Origin: a virus
IMG/VR virus record: IMGVR_UViG_3300029825_000004
DNA length: 64,000 bases
Strand: one strand, 5' to 3'
The translations under genes and the position numbers were made by a program. How positions within the stretch are numbered: the stretch's first letter is position 1; each line of letters starts with the position of its first letter. The notes below the pieces were generated by a model. The model was not told the origin of the DNA and searched no databases. It saw only the letters and a list, made by a program, of their open reading frames with translations. Below are positions 1 to 10,152 of the stretch, one piece after another.

Positions 1-133
1 TGAACCTAAAATCAATCGCGGCTGGACTTGCGTATTTTGCGGATTCCTAAACCTTATAAGGCATGAAGTTTGCGAACGATGCGGAACGGCGAGAACAACG
101 TAGTGTGTTGGTTATACGTAGTGAAACGGAGGA

Positions 134-484
134 ATGATTGTGAGTAAATATAATATTGGTGAAATTATCATCTACAAAGAAGATACTGAACTCGAAGGTG
201 TATTTGGCACTATGAAAAAGATTAAAGCAGGGACTAAGGTTTATGTTGGTGCGGATAAATTTGCACATTACCTAAATGGGATGATTCAACCCTTAGGAGA
301 ATGCAACAAAGAAGGGTATTCAGTTAAAGGTATTGCGGATTGGGTATATATGTGGTTATCTGCCCAGTTACCCATAGACGAGTTTTTAGATGATTATGAG
401 ATTTCAGAAGTAGAATTTAAAGAACATATAGAAGATGCATTAGAAGAACTTGGAATGTGGGACAACACTGGAAATAGAAGTTAA
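134..484 (+). CDS. Hypothetical phage protein (acidic C-terminus)
   Basis: 116 aa ORF, GGAGG RBS upstream, operon context. Confidence 0.7.
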   Translation: MIVSKYNIGEIIIYKEDTELEGVFGTMKKIKAGTKVYVGADKFAHYLNGMIQPLGECNKEGYSVKGIADWVYMWLSAQLPIDEFLDDYEISEVEFKEHIEDALEELGMWDNTGNRS

Positions 485-502
485 TGTGTAGCCATAAGGA
501 GA

Positions 503-1096
503 GTGATTCTATCGAACCCCTTAATCGACCAGATTAAATCTAACCTGCCCATTATGGAAGCTCTTGCCCGATATACCGATATAGTCCCTATTCGCAAAGG
601 CAATAGATATTGGTGCAATTGCATCTTTCATAATGAGAAAACCCCGTCAATGAGCATTAACCCTGAATCAGATAGATTTTATTGCTTCGGCTGTCATGCC
701 TACGGAGATCAGATTGACTTAGTGGCAGAAGTGTTGAATCTTCCATTAGCAGATACGTTACAGCTACTAGCGAGGGATTTAGGGCTTGACGGAGACATTG
801 GCGAAGCGGAACGCAAGAGAATTGCCTTAGAGCAGTCTAGGCGGCAGCAGGAGCGGCGTAAACAAGAAGAACAACATAATAGTATCAAACAAGAGTACAG
901 GCGGCTAATCGGCATAGAGAAGCAGATGCACTCTTTTATTATGTCCATTGACAGCGGGCTCGACCTGAACCGTGCCGAGGTAATAAAAAGCCTGCAGTAT
1001 AAGGAGCTAATTAGCTATTGGATTGATACCTTGCTTAACGGCTCCTTAAATGAACAGTTGGCGGTTGTAGAAGCAAGTAAAGATTTTGACCCATGA
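503..1096 (+). CDS. CHC2 zinc-finger protein (primase zinc-binding domain, no Toprim)
   Basis: CIFHNEKTPS...FYCFGC CHC2 motif followed by a coiled coil. Confidence 0.85.
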   Translation: MILSNPLIDQIKSNLPIMEALARYTDIVPIRKGNRYWCNCIFHNEKTPSMSINPESDRFYCFGCHAYGDQIDLVAEVLNLPLADTLQLLARDLGLDGDIGEAERKRIALEQSRRQQERRKQEEQHNSIKQEYRRLIGIEKQMHSFIMSIDSGLDLNRAEVIKSLQYKELISYWIDTLLNGSLNEQLAVVEASKDFDP

Positions 1097-1109
1097 AAGG
1101 AGGCAAATC

Positions 1110-1262
1110 GTGAAGAAGCGGCTTCAAAAGAAATGGAACAAACCCAAAATCATGGTTAATGATAAGCGGTATTTCAAGCCTGACGATATAAGCCCCGGCA
1201 GAATAGCAGCCTATGCGGTTTACATACCGGGAGAGAGGGAGAAGGTGAAAGCATGCGAATAG
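1110..1262 (+). CDS. Small basic hypothetical protein (50 aa)
   Basis: AAGGAGG RBS, GTG start, overlaps next gene; translated by hand. Confidence 0.5.
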   Translation: MKKRLQKKWNKPKIMVNDKRYFKPDDISPGRIAAYAVYIPGEREKVKACE

Positions 1263-1720
1263 ATGAAATGCCAGCCGGGAGAGAAATAGATGCGCTGATA
1301 GCAGAGAAGGTAATGGGGTGGAGATACAAAGAAGGTCCTAAATTTGATTATAGCGGTCCTTGTGAATGGAATATGATATTACTTCCCCCTACTATATCAG
1401 ATGATGAGTATATACATTGGAATTTCCCGCCAAAAGGAGTTATATCTAAAACATTCTTTCTCGACAAGCATTACTCCGCCGATATAGCGGCAGCCTGGGA
1501 AGTGGTTAAAGAATTGAAAAAACAAAGGTGGTCATTCCGATATAGCAACAATGCTTATGCTGACACCCAACACGCGGCAGCTTTTTATCGGAGAGGAATA
1601 GGTCGCGATATTCTTGGCGGCGATTATGTTTACAATGATAACGCATGGGCTATCGCTAATACCGAGTGTCTCGCAATCTGCCGCGCCGCGTTGAAAGCTA
1701 TGGGGGTAAGTGAGATATGA
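1253..1720 (+). CDS. BC1872-like / phage ABA-sandwich domain protein
   Basis: GREIDALIAEKVMGW...YSADIAAAWEVV...LAICRAALKA pattern. Confidence 0.65.
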   Translation: MRIDEMPAGREIDALIAEKVMGWRYKEGPKFDYSGPCEWNMILLPPTISDDEYIHWNFPPKGVISKTFFLDKHYSADIAAAWEVVKELKKQRWSFRYSNNAYADTQHAAAFYRRGIGRDILGGDYVYNDNAWAIANTECLAICRAALKAMGVSEI

Positions 1721-2301
1721 GTCTAATAATCGGCATTGACCCGTCACTGACCGCTACAGGTATTGTTGTTCTCCGTAACGGCAAAGTAGAGCTAGCCGAA
1801 ACCACTAAGAACAGGCCGGAACTATGGACTATCGAACGAGTAAAGCTAATTTATCAGCGAATAATCGACATAGTGGAAAACCTAACAGATGGCGAACAAT
1901 GGCAAGCTCCCGACCTTATAGTAATCGAGGGCTTTTCTTATGGCAGTAAAGGACGCTCAGTTTTTGATACCGCCTATCTTGGCTGGCGAATCAGAGAGGA
2001 GTTAGAAAGGCTCAAAAACAGCGCAAACACTCCCTGGATAGAGGTAACACCAAGCCAGTTAAAAAAGTTCGCCACCAGCCAAGGAACCGCCCCTAAAGAG
2101 ATTATATTGCAACAGATATATAAACGTTGGGGTGTTGAGCTTCATGACAATAATCAGGGAGACGCTTTTGTACTAGCGAAGATCGGCGAAGCGTATTTGA
2201 GCGGCGAGGCCTTGCCATCCTTTCAGCAAGAAATCATATCCGCTCTCAAAGGCGAAAAACCAGCGAAGAAAAACAGGAAGAAGGTGAAGCCATGCGATTA
2301 A
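1717..2301 (+). CDS. ruvC: RuvC-like Holliday junction resolvase
   Basis: IIGIDPSLTATG, IVIEG, LKKFAT and NQGDAFVLA motifs. Confidence 0.85.
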   Translation: MSLIIGIDPSLTATGIVVLRNGKVELAETTKNRPELWTIERVKLIYQRIIDIVENLTDGEQWQAPDLIVIEGFSYGSKGRSVFDTAYLGWRIREELERLKNSANTPWIEVTPSQLKKFATSQGTAPKEIILQQIYKRWGVELHDNNQGDAFVLAKIGEAYLSGEALPSFQQEIISALKGEKPAKKNRKKVKPCD

Positions 2302-2852
2302 CCCCTGAGCAATGCCAGATGGTTTTAGACAATCTGCGTTTAGCCAAATATACAGCAAATAAATTTAATATCAACCGCGACTATGACCATGAAGAGGTAT
2401 TAGCGGTAAGTTATTATGCTTTGGTTTTAGCCGCCCTGGGCTATGACCCCGAAGGCGGCACCAAGTTTAGCACATACGCCATTAAATCCATGAAAAGAAT
2501 GCTCTACCGTGAATTTATGTATCAGTACAAAACAAAGCCCATGGAATCTTACCTTGAAGAATTGGCCCTTGACCTTGACGGCGAAGCCTCTAACTGGGAA
2601 TCGTATTTTGGTATTGAATCGCCAGAAGGTGAGCTAACAGACAGATTATCGGCAGAGCAATTTATTCTCAAAATCAACAAAGAAAATCCCGGCAAAGGCA
2701 AGGCAAAGACCAGAGCAGTAGTAAATTTACGCTACTTTTATCCAGATTTAACGCAGCAAGAAATAGCCCAAATACTTGGCTGCAGCCAAAAGAATGTGAG
2801 CTTGATTTTGCAGAATGTACGGAAACGCTACAGACAAGAATTAGCTATTTAA
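2292..2852 (+). CDS. Phage-encoded sigma-70 family sigma factor
   Basis: Region 2 (YDPEGGTKFSTYA) and region 4 HTH (LTQQEIAQILGCSQKNVS). Confidence 0.8.
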   Translation: MRLTPEQCQMVLDNLRLAKYTANKFNINRDYDHEEVLAVSYYALVLAALGYDPEGGTKFSTYAIKSMKRMLYREFMYQYKTKPMESYLEELALDLDGEASNWESYFGIESPEGELTDRLSAEQFILKINKENPGKGKAKTRAVVNLRYFYPDLTQQEIAQILGCSQKNVSLILQNVRKRYRQELAI

Positions 2853-2866
2853 AGGAGGGTTGCTCA

Positions 2867-5371
2867 TTGGACTACCTGGAGTTTTTGAAAAGTAAAATAG
2901 ACATTGCCGTCGATACCGGGTTTGATATCTCACCAGATGATATTAACCCGGTTTTATTTGGGCACGACAAAGATGCAGTAAGATGGGCTATCAAAGGTGG
3001 CAGAAGAGCTTTGTTTGAAGCGTTTGGCCTCCACAAGACAACCCAGCAATTGGAAATATGCAGGATCATCACAGAGCATGAAGGCGGCAAAGCGTTAATA
3101 GTTTTGCCTTTAGGAGTCAAACAAGAATTTACGCATGATGCTACTGTTCTTTTAGGTTGGGAATCAGGGCCGGAATATGTACGGACCATGGAAGAAGCAG
3201 AAGCAACTGCAGGAACGATATTAATGACCAACTATGAGCGAGTTAGAGACGGCGACATTGACCCAAAAATGTTTACCGTTACTACTCTGGATGAGGCAGC
3301 AGTCCTGAGGTCATTTGGTAGCAAAACATATCAAACATTCTTGGATAAATTCAAAGGGGTACCTTATAAGTTTGTTTGTACCGCTACCCCGAGCCCCAAT
3401 CGATTTAAGGAGTTAATCCATTATGCCGGGTACTTAGAGATTATGGATACTGGCCAAGCATTGACCCGTTTCTTCCAGCGGGATTCTACCAAGGCCAATA
3501 ATCTCACCTTGTACCCGCACAAGGAAGATGAATTCTGGCTCTGGGTGTCGAGTTGGGCACTGTTCGTCACGAAACCATCAGACCTGGGATATTCCGATGA
3601 AGGATATGAATTACCGCCCTTGGATATCCGGTACCATGAGATACCCGTAAATCATCTCACTGCTGGTGCCGAAAGAGACGGTCAAGGCAAACTGTTTCGA
3701 GATGCTGCAGCAGGGTTAACTCAGGCCGCCAGAGAGAAGAGGGAGAGTATAGAAGCCCGAGTTTCAGAAATGGCCAGAATTATTAAAGAATCACCTGAGG
3801 ACCATTTTATTCTCTGGCATGACTTGGAAGCAGAGCGACATGCTATTAAAAAAGCAATACCCGAAGTAGTTGATATCTATGGTAGCCAAGACTTGGAGAC
3901 TAGGGAGAAACGAGTAATTGACTTTTCTGAGGGCAGAATAAAATACTTCGCGACGAAGAAAGAACTATCCGGGTCCGGGTGCAATTTCCAAAGACATTGC
4001 CACCGAGCTATTTTCGTAGGCATTGATTATCAATTTAATGACTTCATTCAAGCCATACATCGGATATATCGTTTCCTCCAGACCGAACAAGTGCGAATAG
4101 ACATTATCTATACCGAAAGTGAACGGGCTATATTGGACACGCTCCTGGAGAAATGGAAGAACCATGATTACATGGTTGCCAAAATGACCGAAATAGTTAA
4201 GAAATATGGGCTTAGCAATACTTCTATGATAGAAAAGCTAGCCCGTAGCATTGGAGTTGAGCGAGTGGAAGTTAAGGGACAGTATTTTACCGCAGTTAAC
4301 AACGATTGTATTCTTGAATGTTCAGAAATGGATCCGTGTAGCGTAGACCTGATTCATACGTCAATCCCCTTCGGCAACCATTATGAATATGCGAACTCTT
4401 ACAACGACTTTGGACACAACGAGGACACCGAGCGATTTTTCGAGCAGATGGACTTTTTAACGCCGCAGCTCTTGCGAATTTTGAAACCCGGCAGAGTTTA
4501 TGCCTGCCACGTAAAAGACCGGGTTCTATTTGGCAATGTCACCGGTACTGGTTTTCCAACTATGGAACCGTTTCACGCTTTATGTATTCAGCACTACATG
4601 AAGCACGGTTTTCAGTATTTCGGGATGATTACGGTAGTTACAGATGTTGTCCGGGAGAATAACCAGACCTACCGGCTGGGCTGGACTGAGCAATGCAAGG
4701 ATGGCACAAAGATGGGCGTTGGTTGTCCTGAATATATTTTGCTTTTCAGAAAGGTACCTAGTGATACCAGCACGGCCTATGCTGATGAACCGGTCAAAAA
4801 AGCTAAAGATGAATATTCTCTCGCCCAATGGCAGATCGATGCTCATGGTTATTGGAGATCATCCGGAGAAAGATTGCTTTCATCAGATGAAATATTATCC
4901 CTGCCAATAGGCCAATTACAGGCCGCATATCGTAAGTATTCTAGGCAAATAATTTACGATTATAAAGAACACGTCGAGTTAGCTAAAAAGCTAGGAGAAG
5001 CCAATAAATTGCCTACCTCATTCATGGCTATTGCACCTGGCAGTTGGTCAGATGATGTGTGGGACGATATTCTGCGAATGCGAACGTTAAACGGGGAGCA
5101 ATCTAGGCGAAAGCTACAATTACATCTTTGCTGCCTACAACTGGATATTATCGAACGAATAATAAACCGTTTCTCAAACCAAGGGGAAACGGTTTTTGAT
5201 CCTTTTGCAGGACTATTTTCCGTACCGTATATGGCAGTGAAAATGGGGCGAAAGGGCCATGGAGTTGAATTAAACACAGATTACTTTAGGGATGGAATTG
5301 GCTACTTGAAACGCGCTGAGCAAGAATTATCTACGCCGACTTTATTCGATTTTATGGAGGGAGAGGAATGA
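2867..5371 (+). CDS. SNF2-like helicase domain fused to N4/N6 DNA methyltransferase
   Basis: GLHKT, LDEA, TATPSPN helicase motifs; TSIPF and DPFAG amino-MTase motifs at C-terminus. Confidence 0.85.
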   Translation: MDYLEFLKSKIDIAVDTGFDISPDDINPVLFGHDKDAVRWAIKGGRRALFEAFGLHKTTQQLEICRIITEHEGGKALIVLPLGVKQEFTHDATVLLGWESGPEYVRTMEEAEATAGTILMTNYERVRDGDIDPKMFTVTTLDEAAVLRSFGSKTYQTFLDKFKGVPYKFVCTATPSPNRFKELIHYAGYLEIMDTGQALTRFFQRDSTKANNLTLYPHKEDEFWLWVSSWALFVTKPSDLGYSDEGYELPPLDIRYHEIPVNHLTAGAERDGQGKLFRDAAAGLTQAAREKRESIEARVSEMARIIKESPEDHFILWHDLEAERHAIKKAIPEVVDIYGSQDLETREKRVIDFSEGRIKYFATKKELSGSGCNFQRHCHRAIFVGIDYQFNDFIQAIHRIYRFLQTEQVRIDIIYTESERAILDTLLEKWKNHDYMVAKMTEIVKKYGLSNTSMIEKLARSIGVERVEVKGQYFTAVNNDCILECSEMDPCSVDLIHTSIPFGNHYEYANSYNDFGHNEDTERFFEQMDFLTPQLLRILKPGRVYACHVKDRVLFGNVTGTGFPTMEPFHALCIQHYMKHGFQYFGMITVVTDVVRENNQTYRLGWTEQCKDGTKMGVGCPEYILLFRKVPSDTSTAYADEPVKKAKDEYSLAQWQIDAHGYWRSSGERLLSSDEILSLPIGQLQAAYRKYSRQIIYDYKEHVELAKKLGEANKLPTSFMAIAPGSWSDDVWDDILRMRTLNGEQSRRKLQLHLCCLQLDIIERIINRFSNQGETVFDPFAGLFSVPYMAVKMGRKGHGVELNTDYFRDGIGYLKRAEQELSTPTLFDFMEGEE

Positions 5372-5949
5372 AAAATAAATGTTCAGTTGAAAACTGTAGT
5401 TCAAAAATTCATGCTAAAGGACTATGCAAATACCATTATCAAACTCAATGGAGAACCGGAAAACCAACTGTTGAACGACGTTGTTATCACGAACCGATTG
5501 AAAAAAAGTTTTGGCATTATGTGGTTAAAGGAGCAATAAACGAATGTTGGGAATGGTTGGGATATAAAGATAAAGATGGTTATGGAAAAATAGGAACCCG
5601 GAAAACAAATATTGGCGCGCATCGCATATCCTGGGAATTGCATTATGGGGAAATACCGACTGGCCAAATGGTTTTACATAAGTGCAATAACTCTTCATGC
5701 GTGAACCCACATCATCTTTATCTTGGAGATCACCTTCAAAATATGCAAGACCGTTTAAACGCTGGTCATTATCTAAGAAATGAAGATCATCCAAACACTA
5801 AATTCCCAGATGAAATAGTCAGACAAATACGTAAATCTAATTTGACTTATCAACAGCTTAGCCAAAAGTACGGCATTTCAGAAAGCCAGATTGGTAATAT
5901 CAAGCGTGGAGAACAGCGAATTTTAGATGAAGGGAGCGAAGCCATTTGA
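5368..5949 (+). CDS. HNH homing endonuclease
   Basis: CWEW.G..DKDGYG, AHRISW, VLHKCNNSSCVNPHHL motifs and C-terminal HTH. Confidence 0.88.
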   Translation: MKNKCSVENCSSKIHAKGLCKYHYQTQWRTGKPTVERRCYHEPIEKKFWHYVVKGAINECWEWLGYKDKDGYGKIGTRKTNIGAHRISWELHYGEIPTGQMVLHKCNNSSCVNPHHLYLGDHLQNMQDRLNAGHYLRNEDHPNTKFPDEIVRQIRKSNLTYQQLSQKYGISESQIGNIKRGEQRILDEGSEAI

Positions 5950-6158
5950 ACAAAATAATCCTATTTCCGCGCGGCAAGACAACCATAGCCGCAAGGATAA
6001 TAAAAACCGTGTTAGAGCCACTTGATAACTCAAACGAGCGTCAAGTGGTTTTCTTTTGCCAAGATTCAGACGGCAAGCGGTATAGAGTGCCGAAAGGCGA
6101 AGTGATAGCGAAAGGCATTAATTCGAAAAGCAAAAAGAAAGCGAGGAAATTAGCATGA
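5946..6158 (+). CDS. Hypothetical protein
   Basis: 70 aa ORF, RBS, overlapping operon arrangement. Confidence 0.55.
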   Translation: MNKIILFPRGKTTIAARIIKTVLEPLDNSNERQVVFFCQDSDGKRYRVPKGEVIAKGINSKSKKKARKLA

Positions 6159-6373
6159 GTGAAAGGACTATTAATATTTGTGATGGATGTGGAAAAGAAC
6201 TTAATAGAACGCAGGATAGTTACAAATTGTGCTTACAAACAGACCGCTTCTGGAACAGTGTTGAAATGGACTATTTTACAAAAAACCTTGACTTTTGCGA
6301 AAGTTGCGCCAATAGAATAGTGCGTTCTTTGGAGAAAATCGCTAAGTCCAAAGAAGAAATGGAGGGCAAATAA
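6155..6373 (+). CDS. Hypothetical zinc-ribbon protein
   Basis: CDGCG...DFCESC two CxxC motifs. Confidence 0.65.
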   Translation: MSERTINICDGCGKELNRTQDSYKLCLQTDRFWNSVEMDYFTKNLDFCESCANRIVRSLEKIAKSKEEMEGK

Positions 6374-6771
6374 TGAGCATCAATAAAGTAATTTTAACCG
6401 GCAGATTGGGCAAAGACCCTGAGTTAAGGTATACTCCCAAAGGCACGGCGGTTGCTAGCTTTTCTATGGCAGTAACAGATAGCTATAACCGCGAAGTAAC
6501 CCATTGGGTTACTTGCGTCGTATGGGGTAAGCCAGCAGAGAATTGTGCCAATTATCTTAGTAAGGGCTCTCTCGTCGGAATAGACGGCAGAATCCAAACC
6601 CGCAATTATGAAAACCAAGAAGGGCGCAAGGTCTATGTTACAGAGATAGTGGCTGATAGAGTGGAATTCCTTGGTACTAAAGCCCAAGAAAAGTCTGCCG
6701 ATACCGCCGATTATACGGATATTGGGAATATTGAGGTTGACGGCGACACAGACGATGATATTCCCTTCTGA
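6373..6771 (+). CDS. ssb: Single-stranded DNA-binding protein
   Basis: [22 protein letters not shown]-fold and acidic DDDIPF tail. Confidence 0.97.
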   Translation: MSINKVILTGRLGKDPELRYTPKGTAVASFSMAVTDSYNREVTHWVTCVVWGKPAENCANYLSKGSLVGIDGRIQTRNYENQEGRKVYVTEIVADRVEFLGTKAQEKSADTADYTDIGNIEVDGDTDDDIPF

Positions 6772-6782
6772 TAGGTGATTCC

Positions 6783-7094
6783 ATGAACTGCATAATGTGT
6801 GGCAAAAAAATTAAGTCAAAGTCCCTTGAGGGTACAGACTATCTTAAGGATAACGAGGGTAATTGGTACTGCATCCAGTGCGCTAAGCAATGCCTAACCC
6901 GATGGCAGGACTTCGAGCGGATTGAAAAACTAGCAGAAGAACCGGACAGATACCGAGACGCCTTAGTCGATACGCTTAAATGGTCAATCAACGAGGGTTA
7001 TTGTGTTAGACCGAAGGAACATTGTAGAGCCAGCATGGATAGATGTTTGAAATGCTGGCTTAATTATTTGGTTGGCGAAGAAGTGGAGGGATAG
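6783..7094 (+). CDS. Hypothetical Cys-rich protein
   Basis: 103 aa with three Cys pairs. Confidence 0.65.
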   Translation: MNCIMCGKKIKSKSLEGTDYLKDNEGNWYCIQCAKQCLTRWQDFERIEKLAEEPDRYRDALVDTLKWSINEGYCVRPKEHCRASMDRCLKCWLNYLVGEEVEG

Positions 7095-7095
7095 T

Positions 7096-7422
7096 ATGAA
7101 TTGTCCATACTGCAACGAACCAGCAGATCAGTTAGATAGCATAGTCAAGCTACCTAACGGTGATAGAGTGCATTTTAAATGCTCCGATAAGATGCTGGGA
7201 GAATGGGCGGGGTTGAAAGCAAAGTTAGAACAGACTGAGAAGGCACTGGAATTAGCATGTGACTTCATAGCCGAAGAAACTGACGTTTGTCTTTGGAACG
7301 AAAGTATAAACGTTGTTAACAATTATGGGGGCTATGATTGCGATTTATGCCACCGTTACCCTATTGAGAAATGCACTAAAGACTATTATCTTACCAAAGC
7401 AAAGGAGGCTCTAAATGGCTAA
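7096..7422 (+). CDS. Hypothetical Cys-rich protein
   Basis: GGAGG RBS then ATG at 7096 (MNCPYC). Confidence 0.6.
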   Translation: MNCPYCNEPADQLDSIVKLPNGDRVHFKCSDKMLGEWAGLKAKLEQTEKALELACDFIAEETDVCLWNESINVVNNYGGYDCDLCHRYPIEKCTKDYYLTKAKEALNG

Positions 7423-7861
7423 ACCAAAAGCTAAATATCTTAATGGTTTTCGCAGGGAGCTAGTATTGTGGATACTCTCCCTGCAATTAATTTTAGAGAA
7501 CCATAGAGAGCACTTCAGGGGCAAAGAGCTTACCTGGCTGGATAGTATCATCCTTAGCATTGAAAACCTGTCCGAGCTAATGCTAGGCGGCTTAGAATTG
7601 ACCGAACTAAAGACCATTGAGAATGCCATAAAGAGAGTCGAGCCTAAACTGTACGCTGAAAAACTGGTTAATTCTCAAGAGCCTGCCGTCAAGGTGAATA
7701 TCGACCTACTTTACGACCTAGCAGAATTAGCATTGGAGTCCTGCCAGCATGACTGCAAACAAGACTTCGACAACTGCCCAAGGCGCAAGATGTTCTTAAG
7801 CCTGATGATTAAACCCTTCACGGAAACAGGTCCTTGTCAATATTGGAGGGGTGATGATTGA
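7415..7861 (+). CDS. Hypothetical phage protein (DUF5651-like)
   Basis: C-terminal DLAELALESC...CPRRK...CQY pattern. Confidence 0.6.
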   Translation: MAKPKAKYLNGFRRELVLWILSLQLILENHREHFRGKELTWLDSIILSIENLSELMLGGLELTELKTIENAIKRVEPKLYAEKLVNSQEPAVKVNIDLLYDLAELALESCQHDCKQDFDNCPRRKMFLSLMIKPFTETGPCQYWRGDD

Positions 7862-8217
7862 AATACACTAGGATTTGTAAAATATGCGGTGCGGAGTTTT
7901 CCACTAATCATCCGGCGAAGTTAACCTGTTCACCTGATTGTAGCTACCAAAACAGTCAAAACGCCTCTAAAGCAGCCGAGAAAAGACGCAACCAGCGCAA
8001 GCTTAAACGTAGCAAATCCAATCCTTTTAAAACTCAATCGCTATGCCTTGGCTGCAAAAGGGCCTATGCAAAACCCTTTGAAGTTGGGGGCTGCAACAAA
8101 ATATTATATGGCACGCCAGTTTACAAAAAAGCCCGTTGGGTTTTAAAAGAACCGCAGAGAGTAGACCCGTATCGAGTTTTAATAGTTGAAGAATGTGATT
8201 TATACGAACCTGATTAA
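7858..8217 (+). CDS. Hypothetical zinc-finger protein
   Basis: CKICG.EF...TCSPDC motif. Confidence 0.6.
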   Translation: MKYTRICKICGAEFSTNHPAKLTCSPDCSYQNSQNASKAAEKRRNQRKLKRSKSNPFKTQSLCLGCKRAYAKPFEVGGCNKILYGTPVYKKARWVLKEPQRVDPYRVLIVEECDLYEPD

Positions 8218-8232
8218 GGAGGTTATTGAAAG

Positions 8233-8592
8233 ATGGGAAGATTTAAAGAGCGCGTAGATGCCCGATTTGAAGCGCAGGAGCGAAAGGGCATAGAGAAGTA
8301 TGGACAGCCTTTAGAGGACAACCACGGTAGCTTTGACTATCGATTAGAGCATTTAGCGCAGGAACTGACGGATGGCTTAATGTATGTCGAATGGCTCAAA
8401 GAAAGCGGGCAAATCATCACTTCGATGTTTGAGCTATTGGTGCAGGACATGGAGAAGATAAAGCCTATTGAGGAAATCTGCCCAATAAAAGAGAGCTGCC
8501 CCGAAGAATACCTTGATGGTAGTAAAAGCTGCTTGGGATGCCTAAAAGCGCACTACGAAGCGAAAGCGAGGGATTTAATTTGCCAAGTGTAA
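8233..8592 (+). CDS. Hypothetical phage protein
   Basis: QERKGIEKYG...HLAQELTDGLMY motif, RBS AAGGAGG. Confidence 0.65.
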   Translation: MGRFKERVDARFEAQERKGIEKYGQPLEDNHGSFDYRLEHLAQELTDGLMYVEWLKESGQIITSMFELLVQDMEKIKPIEEICPIKESCPEEYLDGSKSCLGCLKAHYEAKARDLICQV

Positions 8593-8744
8593 TTACAATA
8601 ATCTGCACAAGTCTTGTGGCGATTGCTATTTTGATGAGCCTGCTGGGGCTCTACTTTTGGGGCATTCTTTGTTTCCTTGTAGCGGCAAGAAAAACAAAAG
8701 AGGAGATAAAATCAATTTTGAAGAGAGGAGTGAGCCAACCATAA
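8580..8744 (+). CDS. Small membrane protein
   Basis: TTG start after GAGGG; hydrophobic stretch of about 35 aa then basic tail. Confidence 0.5.
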   Translation: MPSVITIICTSLVAIAILMSLLGLYFWGILCFLVAARKTKEEIKSILKRGVSQP

Positions 8745-8917
8745 ATACTTATACAGCATTGAAAGAAGTCTTGCCCTGGTCCAAGCCAGCCTGCGAGGAT
8801 AAGGCGAGAACCAAAATATTAGTAAAACTAACGGAATCATATCTTGAAAATCATAATCCCGTCATCAAGAAATTTATTGACCACAGAATAAAAGAACTGG
8901 AGGGAGGACAGGATTAA
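8741..8917 (+). CDS. Hypothetical protein (possible ATA start)
   Basis: GAGGAGTGA RBS followed by ATA AAT ACT; open to TAA at 8917. Confidence 0.45.
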   Translation: MNTYTALKEVLPWSKPACEDKARTKILVKLTESYLENHNPVIKKFIDHRIKELEGGQD

Positions 8918-9151
8918 ATGCCCCGGATAAAAACATATGACAGACTGGATTCGCAAAAAGAGCTTGGTAGAAATGCCGAGCTCTTTATTGATTCTATATG
9001 CTTTGATGCCTCCAACATGACCGTTAGAGAAATGATGGTTGTTTATAAATCTGAGATTTTAAAATCAGACGATGCCTTTTTACGGTCTGAAGATGCTGGA
9101 AGTTGGAAGTGGAACCGTGACCGTAAGAAGTGGGAAAGGATGGTGAGCTGA
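8918..9151 (+). CDS. Hypothetical protein
   Basis: 77 aa, GGAGG RBS. Confidence 0.55.
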   Translation: MPRIKTYDRLDSQKELGRNAELFIDSICFDASNMTVREMMVVYKSEILKSDDAFLRSEDAGSWKWNRDRKKWERMVS

Positions 9152-9618
9152 TGGAGTTCTGTAAAAGCTTTGGCAATATGGACGGCATGGATGGCAGTTG
9201 TCATTATTGCCGGGAAGAAAGCCCCGAAATGTGGCAAAAGTGTTGGGATTACAAGCGCTCGCCAAATAGAAAGGAATTAGCCGAACTCGCAGCCCTCCGG
9301 GAAGAAACCGACCTGCAGCGGCAGAGCATACAGAATCTTTCCTGCCAAGTAGCGGCGCTGAGGGAAGCTCTGGAAGAAATTGTGGAGGAATTAGAAAACT
9401 GCTATTGCCGAGATACAGAATTAACCATAAAGGCGAGAGAAATCATTAATTGTCCAGACCCTGGGGAGAAGATTAGGGCAGTTATTGAGGCAGCAAAAGA
9501 ATGCGTAGATTCTCATGAAGAATTCAATGCGAATCGATGTTACAACACGGCAAGCAATATCCTTAAAGCTGATGATCTTCTTAAGCAGGCTCTTGCCGCC
9601 CTGAAAGAAGGTGACTAA
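9151..9618 (+). CDS. Hypothetical coiled-coil protein
   Basis: ATG at 9151, Cys-rich N-terminus then coiled coil. Confidence 0.6.
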   Translation: MEFCKSFGNMDGMDGSCHYCREESPEMWQKCWDYKRSPNRKELAELAALREETDLQRQSIQNLSCQVAALREALEEIVEELENCYCRDTELTIKAREIINCPDPGEKIRAVIEAAKECVDSHEEFNANRCYNTASNILKADDLLKQALAALKEGD

Positions 9619-10152
9619 TTGTACATCAAATACCCCCAAGCCGAAGAACTGCTAAAGTCTTATCCCAAACTGAAGTCATATCTCAAGAACCTGCAGATAG
9701 AACTTGAACGGCTCTACCATGAGGGCAAGAATGATAATATAGACCCCGACGATATTCTGTACTCCTTGGCTATAGGCAACCGAATAATGAGCGATATGCC
9801 TCATGCCATGCCCTCTCCAGGAGATAAAATGACCAATGTCATTCGTGCCAAAGACCGTATTATCAGCGAAGAAATAAGAAAACTTATGCAGAACATTCTC
9901 ACAATAGGTGAAGTTGTCGAAAAAACCACCAGTGCCCTAACCTGCTTAACTACGCAAGAACGGCGAATAATTGAGCTTAAGTACTTCGAGGATATGCCAT
10001 GGAAAGACATACTGCGGGAAACGGACAACTGTATCGGGATATTGCAGGGCAAAAGAATTAGGCGGGCAGCGGTGGAGAAGATATTGCCTCTACTGAGAAT
10101 AAAACCTGAGCAGCTTGAATTTTGCATAGAAAGGATGCGAGAGAATGCTTGA
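9619..10152 (+). CDS. ArpU/RinA-family late transcriptional activator
   Basis: LTTQERRIIELKYFEDMPW sigma-4-like HTH; position at end of early operon. Confidence 0.75.
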   Translation: MYIKYPQAEELLKSYPKLKSYLKNLQIELERLYHEGKNDNIDPDDILYSLAIGNRIMSDMPHAMPSPGDKMTNVIRAKDRIISEEIRKLMQNILTIGEVVEKTTSALTCLTTQERRIIELKYFEDMPWKDILRETDNCIGILQGKRIRRAAVEKILPLLRIKPEQLEFCIERMRENA

